Assembly: GCA_964016885.1 (NCBI GenBank)
Contig: OZ024743.1
Coordinates: forward strand, 293,384,001-293,448,000
DNA length: 64,000 bases
Origin: Eledone cirrhosa
Taxonomy: Eukaryota
Direction: 5' to 3'
Below are positions 53,294 to 64,000 of the stretch, piece after piece. Each line of letters begins with the position of its first letter. The stretch's first letter is position 1. Under the pieces are notes generated by a model that searched no databases, was not told the DNA's origin, and worked only from the letters and a program-made list of their open reading frames with translations. Made by a program: the position numbers and the translations under genes.

Positions 53294-55351
53294 TTCACCA
53301 CTATCATCATTATCGCTGTCATCACCACCATCACATCATCATTTTTATGAACACCACCATCATCACCATCAGCATTGTCATCATCATCAGCAGCATTATT
53401 ATACTCACTGCCATTATCAGCACCATCAACACCATCATCATCATTATCACCATCATCACCATTATCACAGCCAAAGTTAATTTATTTTCCAACAGTTAAA
53501 TTCTCGTGATCTTCTATTATCATGCCACTCAACTGCCACTAATCTGCCGATAATCTCTCTCCTCTTCGATTATTTTTTTCGGAAAAAAATGTAAAGGGGT
53601 AGTGGGAGGAGGAGCGATGGTGGGAGTATATTTTGATAATTTGTTTTAATATTTGTTTTTGTTTTGTTCGTCTTTTCAACCACAACAGTAACAAGCCAAA
53701 AAAACATTAAAAAATAGACAAAGAATAGGAAATATTGATTAAGCTTTTTTTTTTTTACGGAAGCCAATTATATTTGTATTATGTTTAAAATTGCTTTGTT
53801 GTGTGGGGGTGTTGTTGTTGGTTGTGGTAGTAATACTGATGTTGTTGTTGTTGGCTGTGGTTTTGGTGATACTGTTGTTGGTTGTGCTGGTGTTATTGTT
53901 GGCTGTGGTGATGATACTGTTCTGGTTATTGGTTGTGTTGGTGATGTTGTTAGTGGTGGTACTGATTTTGTTGTTGTGGTGATACTGTTGTTGTTGTCTG
54001 AGGTGGTGGTCATGTGGTAGCTCTGGTACTGCTGCTGTTCTCGGTAGTGGTTGTGAGTGGTTTCTTTTGTTTTATTAATTACCCACCACCTCTATTGCCT
54101 TCCTGTGTTGTGTCTCTTTTCTTAAAGCATGTTAATTTTTCATTTATCCCAGCTTGACCAAATGGTTAACAAGCTTGCTTTACAATTGTTAGGTTACTGG
54201 CTTGGTACTATTTGTGACCAATCTTGGATTATATTCTTGAATAGCTATCATGGTCATCATCATCATCATCATCATCGTTATTCATTTTTCCATAGTGGCA
54301 TGAGTTTAGATAAGTCTACTTGCTGGATGTAAGCATGGCTGAATGGTTAAACAATTTGCCTTGCAACCATAAAGTTCTGGGTTCAATCCTATTGTGTGGC
54401 ATCAGGCATCTTCAATAAGTATCTTTTACTATAGCCTTCTATCAACCAAAGTCTTCTCAATGAAAATTTGTTAAGAAGCTCATTGGATGGACTACCTGTA
54501 ATCCAAGTGATCAGTTTGCTAGTGTCATAGAATTAATAAAATAAACAATTAAATATCATAGCATATCACATGTCAACTGTCATGTATTTAATTGGAGGCA
54601 GAGGTGTCAGTTGTCCAATATTATACTTTTCAGCCAATTGGGAAACAATGATCAGATTTGACATAATTTCACATCACACCTAGAGATTATTTAGTGAAGC
54701 ACTAAAGTTTCATGGCACAGTTTAAAAACCTCTACAGAAGGATATCATTTTAGTGAAATGTTGCTGCTATTTCTACTCCCTCCCTCTTCCTGCTCCTCAT
54801 CCTCCACCTCCTGCCTCCTCCCCCACTCCTCCTCCTCCTACTGAATTAATAAACTACATACCTCTTCTCCTTTGATCTAACACCTACACACATTTTATAC
54901 ACTTCTTGCCATTCTTACATCGTCTCCTGCCAGACATCGCACTAACAATTTGTATCACATCCAAATAAAAGCCACTCCATTAATTAGTGTAATATAATTA
55001 CTTCCAGACACATTCCAGTCTCTGTGCCACAGATCTACTGTTTCCTCTCTATTTTTTTCCCATTACTACTACAGTCGTCTCTTCTCAAAGGTGTTTTGTA
55101 CTCCTGACTCATCTCACCTCTATTCACCCTATGCTAACACCTAACTCCATTCCTTCCTACCCAGATTGATGTCCCTTTGGAACTCCTTCCCTACAGCCAT
55201 CAACTTACAACAGTTTACACAGAATATTGATGGTACCAGTCTCACCATTCTCAAAGGGCATAAGAAGGTTATGGACACTGGCCTTTCCTTCAGCCCTATC
55301 AAATAAAAAAGTTATTCCTATTTTCTCATATTGTCTTAAAAAAGCAAAACG

Positions 55352-55455
<104 letters not shown>

Positions 55456-55578
55456 AACATGTGCACTTACAAAAACACACATGTTTACACACATCACCTG
55501 AGCTAACATACAAATACAATAGAATCTCGGAGTAGCAACTGAGCAAGGTTTTAGATTTATATAACCCACATATATATA

Positions 55579-55781
55579 TATATGAGGGTGGGCTGAAATG
55601 TTCATAGGTTGACTATGAATGACTGATGCTAGAGCTGTGAAATCTTGTGTGCATTAATTTCAGCTCTTATTAATAACTGCGTTGTTTCTTTCCAAGTACT
55701 ATGTAGGAAAATAAATGTCATTTGGTCATTCCATGAGAGCATCTTGGTCAGTGTATGAACTTTTCAGCTGACAACTCATGT
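55579..55781. mobile_element. Tc1/mariner-like MITE
   Basis: TATGAGGGTGGGCTGAAATGTTCATA ... TATGAACTTTTCAGCTGACAACTCAT terminal inverted repeats; other copies at 33479-33672 and 44521-44705. Confidence 0.65.
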
Positions 55782-58319
55782 CTGTGTATGTATGTATATA
55801 TCTGTGTGTGTGAATGTGTATGTGTAAATTAACTAATTGTTAACCCATTTTTTTTGTTTTGTTTTCATGTCTGTCTTTAATCCCATTGATTTATTCTCTT
55901 TCTTTATTTTTCTCTCAATCCTACATTTTTAATTCTTTTATTATTAATATTATTATTATCATCATTATTATTGTCATTATTATTACTGTTGTTGTTATCT
56001 TATTTGTATTCTTGGCACACATCTCTTTCTATTTCTCTGTCCATCTCACACATTTGTGTTTCTTCACCCTAGCTGTTCTACAGCTATGATGAGGTCACTT
56101 TGGTGGGAGAGAGGTGGGAAAGATAGAAAGAGAAAACGGATAAGTGGGGTAGAAGGAGGAGGGAGATAAGAAAATATACAGAACATTAGAGGGAGAGGGA
56201 GCGAGTGTGAGTGATATTACTTAGTGATAGATATTAGAATAGAATGAAAAGAGGGAAAGGATGAGGGAGAGAACATGAGGGAGAAAGAAAGAAAGAAAGA
56301 AAGAGAGAGATTGATCTTGTGGGAGAAGTGTTTAAAGAAGCTACAGAGAGAGAGAGAGAAAGTAAAATATCGATGGGGAGACTTGTTGATAGGTAGTGTA
56401 ATGAGAGAGAGAAGGAGACATGAGGCACTTGTTAATAGTAAGTACAAAGGGGATGAGAGACAGAGGAATATCTATATATTTATATATATTGAGAGAGAGA
56501 CAGACAGAACTAGGTCAGGGCAAATAATATGAAAGAGAAAGAGAGAGACTGGGTTTTCTGTATGTCCAGTGTCCAGTGTCCAGAGGGAAAAAGAGGTCTT
56601 CCTTGGAGACTGGGTGAGGCTGCATACTATTAACTGTTGTATTATTATTCCTACTATATATTAATAGCATTCAACCACCACCAACAATGAAATTACAATC
56701 TTACCACCACCACACCAACACCAACAAGGAGAATACCATTGCTGCCACTGACAACACTACCACCACTAGCAATAAGAACATTACCTCCAATACTATCTAT
56801 CACCTTCACAATGTTCAGCAACAACATTGCCACCAGCATCAGAACAACTACCACTGCTATGAACATTGCCCCTACCACCAACACCTCCAACAACAACATT
56901 GCCCCTACCACCAACACCTCCAACAACAACATTGCCCCTACCACCAACAACAATATTGCCACTAACACTAGCACCACTGCCATCATCACCACCAACAATA
57001 CCACCACTGCCATCAACAACACCATTGCCACCACCAACACCAGAATCACACTTCCCAACACCACCACCCACAGCACCACAGCCAACACCAACACCATTGA
57101 CACCACCACCACTATCACCAACTCTATGCTACTGCTGTGTCAGACCAGGTTAGACAAGTCCACTGCAGTCCAGTTTACTTGATCCTAATTTATTTTCAAG
57201 TCTTGTACAAAGTTAAAGATTGACAGAGATAGACAGCTAGGTAGATAGGTGGGTAGGTACGTTGGAAGGTAGAGAGGTAAGTAGGTAGATAAAGCAGATA
57301 TGTTGGTAGATGTATAGATAGACAGATGCAGATGTAGATAAGTAGATAGCTATGTGAATAGATGTATAGATAGATGCATACATAGATAGATTGATGGACA
57401 TACAGGTAGATGAATGGATAGCTGAGCAGACAGACAAGTATGTAGATAGCTAGATGCATATATAGTTGATAAGATTGATAGACTGGTTGATAAAAAGGTG
57501 CAGGCAACTGATAAACAGTCAGATATATAAATGATATGCCAGTTGTTGTTTTTTTTTATTTTGTTTCATTTCTTTTTTTTTCATTATTGTTGTTGTGGTT
57601 GCTCACACCTCTGCAGGTTTAGCTGGCCTCATATCTGTTCACTTTCCTGACATTTGTACATTATTCTATGTACTATACATGCAACTTTGATGAGTTGTAG
57701 TGCACCCGAGCACCGTACACAATAATTTCATTAATTGGGTAATTGCTGGCCTTGTGCCTAAAGTAGAAACAATTATATATATGAGGTTGTATCTCAGATT
57801 TTGTAAGTGTTCTTGTGTGTTTAAACAAATAGGTGTTGGTCCCATTTCTATCATCAACATTTTCCAGTGAATATAAGTGGAATTTGAACTCAGACAGTAT
57901 GTCTAACTGGTGCCATACAGAACCTGTGCTCTAACAAGTTCACCATTCTACCACTCAAGACAGGTTCTTTATATTATTGACTTGAAAGTTGACTGTGGTA
58001 TAGCCAGATTTGAACTTAGAGCACAGAGATCTGAACAAACAAAACATGTTAACATCATCATTATTTTTTATTTATGTCTGTTTTTCGATGAATGGGTTTG
58101 ACTAATCTTCTCAAGTACAGCACCTCTCCACTAATTTGTTTTCTTTGCTATCTTCTTTGTGAAGATCAGAGATCAGCTTTCACTATGTCTGCCTATACCT
58201 TTCTTGGTCTTCCTCCTCAACTGCATATAAACCATCAACATTTTGACTGGGACACAAACTCCTTTTTCATTAAACCTCATCTGCCAATCTTTGTTACCCA
58301 TAAAAAAGCGGGTGTAGGG

Positions 58320-59695
58320 CAGAGGAGGTCGCTGTGGTAGGGGGAAAGAGGAGGCAGCTGTGGTGGATGGCAGAGGAGTGGCTGTGGGGGAGGGCAGAAG
58401 AGGTGGCTGTGGGGGAGGGCAGAGGAGCTGGTTGTGGTGGAGGACAGAGGAGCTGGTTGTGGTGGCGGGCAGAGGAGCTGGCTGTGGTGGAGGGCAGAGG
58501 AGCTGGCTGTGGTGGAGGGCAGAGAAGCTGGTTGTGGTGGAGGGCAGAGAGGGTGACTGTGGTGGAGGGCAGAGGAGTCAGCTGTGGTGGAGGGAAGAGG
58601 GGTTGTCTGTTGTGGCAGACAGTGGGTGACTGCGGTGGAGGGCAGAAGAGGTAGCTGTGGCGGAGGGCAGAGGGGGTGACTGTGGCGGAGGGCAGAAGAG
58701 GTAGCTGTGGTAGAGGCAGAGGGGGTGACTGTGGTGGAGGGCAGAAGAGCTAGCTGTGGCAGAGGGCAGAGGGGGTGACTGTGGTGGAGGGCAGAAGAGG
58801 TAGCTGTGGTAGAGGCAGAGGGGTTGACTGTTGTGGCGGGCAGAAGAGGTAGCTGTGGTAGAGGCAGAGGGGGTTACTGTGGTGGAGGGCAGAAGAGGTA
58901 GCTGTGGTAGAGGCAGAGGGGGTGACTGTGGTGGAGGGCAGAAGAGGTAGCTGTGGTAGAGGCAGAGGGGTTGACTGTTGTGGCGAGCAGAAGAGGTAGC
59001 TGTGGCGGAGGGCAGAGGGGGTGACTGTGGCGGAGGGCAGAAGAGGTAGCTGTGGCGGAGGGCAGAGGGGGTGACTGTGGCGGAGGGCAGAAGAGGTAGC
59101 TGTGGTAGAGGCAGAGGGGTTGACTGCTGTGGCGGGCAGAAGAGGTAGCTGTGGTAGAGGCAGAGGGGGTGACTGTGGTGGAGGGCAGAAGAGGTAGCTG
59201 TGGCGGAGGGCAGAGGGGGTGACTGTGGCGGAGGGCAGAAGAGGTAGCTGTGGCGGAGGGCAGAGGGGGTGACTGTGGTGGAGGGCAGAAGAGGTAGCTG
59301 TGGTAGAGGCAGAGGGGGTGATTGTGGTGGAGGGCAGAAGAGCTAGCTGTGGCAGAGGGCAGAGGGGGTGACTGTGTTGGAGGGCAGAAGAGGTAGCTGT
59401 GGCGGAGGGCAGAGGGGTTGACTGCTGTGGCGGGCAGAAGAGGTAGCTGTGGTAGAGGCAGAGGGGGTGACTGTGGTGGAGGGCAGAAGAGCTAGCTGTG
59501 GCAGAGGGCAGAGGGGGTGATTGTGGTGGAGGGCAGAAGAGGTAGCTGTGATAGAGGCAGAGGGGTGACTGGTGGAGGGCAGGGGCGATGGTAGAGGCAG
59601 AAGAGGTAGCTGTGGTGGAGGGCAGATGGGGTGACTGTTGTGGAGGGCAGAAGAGGTAGCTGTGGTGGAAGGGAAGAGGGGTGGCTGTGGTGGAA
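58320..59695. repeat. G-rich minisatellite with ~21-25-bp subunits and a ~49-50-bp dimeric higher-order unit
   Basis: Alternating GAAGAGGTAGCTGTGGYRGAGG(G)CA and GAGGGGGTGACTGTGGYGGAGGGCA. Confidence 0.95.
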
Positions 59696-62604
59696 GGAGA
59701 GGAATGTTAACCCCAAACAAACATGTAAAACAAAATAAATAAATAAATAAATATAAGAATATAATTGAATTAAAATGCATTCCAAATGTTTTACTTTGAA
59801 TATAGAGTTGCAAGGATGCATGTATGCAGTGCAGCAGGCAGCTCCATAGATAGGAGTGGAACTTGGGTAGTTAGTTATCCCACCTGCAACTTTCTGCACA
59901 CCTTTTGTTTTCATTGTGCAGGTGCTTTGGGGGTGTTTGGATGATGATGATGGTGATGATTGTGTTACTGATAGTGTGATGGGGGTAATGATGATGGTAT
60001 TGGAGGCAATGATGGTGGTGATGGTGATGATAATGGTGGTGCTGACAATGGTGTGATTGGTTGTTTGATAAAGGTAAGGGTAATGGATAATAATGATGAT
60101 GTTGGTGATGTGGTGCTGATTGTGATGGGCAACAATAAAGATCATTGTAGTTATGGTTGGATGGTGGTGGTTGTCATGGTTGTAGTGGTGTCAATGTGAT
60201 GATGATGCTGGTGGTGGTGGTTATGATAGCAATGTAAAAAATCATTGTGATTTTGGTTAGTGATATTGATGATGGTGGTGGTGGTGGCAACGGCAGTTCA
60301 TTGTCGTTATGGTTGAATGGTGGCTGTGGTGGTGGCAGTGTGGTAATGATGGTGGTTGTGGTGATGACAAAAATCATTGTAGTTATAGTTGGATGGTGTT
60401 AGTGATGATGATGATTATGACAGTTCATTCTGGTTGTGGTGATGATGATAATGAATATGATAGTTGTGGTGTGATAGTGGTGATGGTGATGACAATGATG
60501 GTGAAGATGGCAACAATGACAAATGTGGTTTCAGTTGTTTGATGTTGAGGATGTTCTTTAACCCTAGGTCATCGCTTCGCTGAGTACACCTCTGATTATC
60601 CTGTCTTTGTGTTTCTGCAGATATTAGTGTATCTAGGACTACACTATACAATGTGTTGAATGAATACATAGAGACTCCTCTAGTATTGGTTTTGATGCTA
60701 TGGTTCTTCACTTTTTCACTACCAAGGTCCCCTTTTATTTAGATGGATTTTCCTATGGATTTCTGGTTTTGAAATGTTTATCTACTGAAAAAATATTCAT
60801 ACTCCCTTCACTTTCCTCAGTCTAATATTTGCAGACCCCTCATTTGAGGTGTCCTTAAGCCATGCTAGCATGGAAAAATTAACGTTAAATGGTGTTGATG
60901 ATGTGATAATTTCTGATATTAAGAAGGGCATGCAGCTGCAGAAAGCTTGCCAAATAAGGTGTTAGGGGGACCCTTCAGTTCATATCAAAAGACATGGCAA
61001 CTTCTACTGTACAATGTATGACTGTATGTAAATGAGATTCAGCCCTCTCGGCCTGGCATGGAGGTCAGTGGCCCACTTCAGTACTGACTTGATCTATGCA
61101 GACCCGTTCAACCTTTGCTAGCAGAAAAAGCGGATATTAAATAATGATGATGATTAGATGAACCTTAAATAGTGTTGGTGACATTGAGGGTTAAGTGTTT
61201 ATTTGTTGTTGCGCAAACCTATGATCAAAGATGTTCAAACTGTGACCACCCTGTCTTATTTTTTATTTTATTTTTTTTTTTTGCAGGCATTGTCCATCCA
61301 GGACTACAATATCCAATTTTTCCTTTTCCTTATTTAAGACGGTAGGGTGTGATTTTAGGTAGAATTGGCTGTTATTTTTAGCAGGTTGACTAATTGTGTA
61401 CATGCTCCCTTATTAGCTACGGAATGTGCCTGTGTGTTGTTGGTGGTGTTGAAGTTGGTGCTGTTGGTGATGTATGTCATTGGTATTGTTGATGGTTGTG
61501 ATGTTGTAGTTGGTGTTGTGAGTTCTTGTTGAATGTAAGAAGCTGGCGGTGTTGTTGGTGTATACCGTTAGTATTATTGTTGTTGTTGGTGGTGTATGTC
61601 ATTGGTATTGTTGATGGTGGTGGTGTTGAAGTTGGTGTTGTTGGTGGTGGTGTGTGTTATTGTTGTTGAATGTATGGTGCTGGCAGTATCATTGCTAACA
61701 TTGATGTTGATGTTGCTGTTGTTGTTAGTGGCTGTTAGAGATGGTGAATATATGGCACTGTTGTTGGTGTTGTTGTTGATTGTGGTAGTTTGTTATAGAT
61801 GTTGAATAGATGGTGCTGGTAGTGTAATGTCGATGCCGACGTTTGTGTTGTTGTTGATGGTTGTTTTTGAATGGATGGTGCTGGTAGTGTCATTGCTGAT
61901 GTTGATGTTGGTCTTGTTGTTGTTGTTTTGTCAGTGGTGGTGATGGTGGTGGTGGTGTGGAGGCTCAGATTTGAGATATAGTTAGGTTCTGTGTGAATAG
62001 AAATGGTAATTGTATTCATTTGGAATATTTTGACCTTTCTTCTTGGGTTTTTGGGGTAGTGTGTTTGTAGGTGTGAGAGTATTATGTATTTGTATGGGTG
62101 TGTTTGTGCATGTGTGAGTGTATGTATGTGTGGATATGTGGGTGTGAGAATATATATGTATTTGTATGAGTGTGTTTGTGAAAGTGTGTGTGTTTCTGTG
62201 TGTGTTGTATATGCACTCGTGAGTAGTGTGCATGTAATGTGCTGTATAAGGTGTTTTGATGTGTGAGTTCGTTAATTTGTATATGTCTCCATCTGTGTGT
62301 CTGTGTGTATGGAAGTATATTTATATAAGATAGATTACATTGGATCATGCCTATATATGTGAATGTGTCTCTGTATAATGTCAGTGTTAGTATATATATT
62401 TCTGTGTGTGTGTGTTTTGATGTTATGGTGAGTTTGGTGTTTGTATATATGTGCATTTGTGCATGCTTATCATTGTGTGTGTCTGTGTGGAGATATTGTA
62501 TGTGGTAATGGAATTTGACTGTGTGAACTGTAGGTGTGCGTGGTAGTATATGGTGACAACAGTGGTGATGAAGATGATGGTGGTGATTGTTATGATATTA
62601 ATAA

Positions 62605-62793
62605 TAATAGTTTCTAAATTTGGCACAAGGCCAGCAATTACACCAGTGCATTACTGGTGCTTTATTTTATCGATCCCGTAAGGATGATAGGCAAAGTCAC
62701 CCTTGGTGGGATTTGAAATCGGAACGTCAAGGGCCATAACTCTATGCTGCAAAGCTTGGTGCCTCATGCTCTACCGATACTGCCAGTCCACCA
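62605..62793 (-). mobile_element. SINE family D
   Basis: Reverse complement of 53079-53293. Further partial copies at ~9935-10255, ~43160-43320, ~44260-44480 and ~52553-52800. Confidence 0.82.
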
Positions 62794-62869
62794 ATATTAA
62801 TAATAATGATAATAATGATGATGGTATGCTGGTGGTGATGATGATGCTGATATTAATAATAATAAAGAT

Positions 62870-63219
62870 GGAGGATAAAAAGCTTAGTGGTTAGAGCATT
62901 GGCCTTCCAATCGAAAGGTTGTGAGTTCAATTCTCAAACCGGGTGATGTGTTGTTTCCTTGAGCAAGACACTTTATTTCACATTACTCCAGTTTACGCAG
63001 CTGTTGAAATGAGATGATAGGGACTGGGGTCCCTATCATTCCACTGTAAAGTGGTCGTGGTGGTGCCACGGCAAAAAAGCACCCATCACTCACTGTCAAT
63101 GAGGTTGGTGTTAGGAAGGGCACCCAGCTGTAGAAATCAAGCCAGAATCAGTTCCCGTCCCACCCTTGCAAGCAGGGAAAAGTGGACATAAAATGATGAT
63201 GATGATGAATGATGATGAT
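62870..63219 (+). mobile_element. tRNA-derived CORE-type SINE (family A), near full length, with RTE-derived tail
   Basis: A box GCTTAGTGGTTAGAGC and B box GAGTTCAATTCTC; CORE-like TTCCTTGAGCAAGACACTTT..CTGTTGAAATGAG; tail CCCACCCTTGCAAGCAGGGAAAAGTGGACATAAAATGATG. Confidence 0.85.
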
Positions 63220-63517
63220 TGTAATGGATGATATTATATAAGCATATAGTTTATATCAGACAGTAAACATACACACACCTATATATATTTGTTGGTATTG
63301 CAGTATATATACGTGCATGCATGTTTATTCATAGTGATTCACAGGTGTATATATATAATTTACATTGAATGTGTGTATGTGTCTATATATTTATACATAT
63401 AGATGTGTATGTGTATGTATGTGCATGTATATATGTAAACGTATGTGAATATATATTTATGTGTGTGTGTGTTTAAATGTATACATATGTGTCTATACAC
63501 ACACACACACACACACG

Positions 63518-63555
<38 letters not shown>

Positions 63556-64000
63556 CATACACGTGTGTATGAAATCTATGTGAAACATTTATAAATAACT
63601 GATGTAAATCAACCAATTTCTTCCTTCTCTATCAGAGAGGATTAAATTTTAATTTAGCCAGCTAGAAAACGTGTTTATGCCGTTTCCTTTAACATACAAG
63701 AGCTCTTATATTATACTTCACTGCAGGTGTATTCTTTTTGTATTGGGTGGGTGGGGTTTAGTGTCAGGTGAGTAAGTATGGTAGATGTAAGGTGTATATG
63801 TGTGTAAATTCATATGCTGTAGTTGTTTGCAGGTTTTTGCATATCATGATTTGCTGTTTTTTACATTTTATAAATAAATTTTTTATTATCATTTCAATTA
63901 TTTCTGGATATGATGTTTTGAGATTTTTTTAAAGAATTTTTTAATGGAAATGTGAGGTTGGACTATTCATGCTTTTATTAAATATATTATTTAATGTGCG

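Noticed and set aside
57617-57690. Candidate exon GLAGLISVHFPDI
   Set aside because: It is the reverse complement of the CR1 3' UTR at ~6805-6890.
60621-60683. Candidate exon after TTTCTGCAG (ISVSRTTLYNVLNE)
   Set aside because: Matches a dispersed repeat also seen at ~61230-61400 (CAGGACTACAATATCCAAT) and ~9100-9190.
62870-62945. tRNA gene
   Set aside because: The A/B boxes belong to a SINE head that continues into CORE and tail; no complete cloverleaf.

Overview
AT-rich, microsatellite-dense eukaryotic DNA. The SINE and RTE-LINE repertoire points to a cephalopod (Octopus-like) genome; this is an inference. The window is probably intronic or intergenic: I found no confident host gene, only one weak candidate exon, and almost all short ORFs in the track are translations of simple repeats. 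Real coding signal is limited to non-LTR retrotransposon remnants: four young 5'-truncated RTE-clade LINEs whose RT carries an inserted PHD-type zinc finger, plus fragments of CR1/L2-, Tx1/L1- and R4/Dong-type elements. There are also two tRNA-derived SINE families, piggyBac-like and mariner-like MITEs, and several minisatellites. The most notable hidden signal is a set of short, ORF-less islands embedded in (TA)n arrays. They carry type I hammerhead ribozyme motifs at five loci (12261-12324+, 13253-13295-, 16401-16465+ with a mirror at 16188-16252-, 46720-46772+, 47567-47668+), plus degenerate copies. Several are associated with near-perfect palindromes or inverted repeats. This fits a diverse population of non-autonomous Penelope-like or retrozyme-like ribozyme elements that target TA microsatellites. 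All folds and alignments were done by eye.
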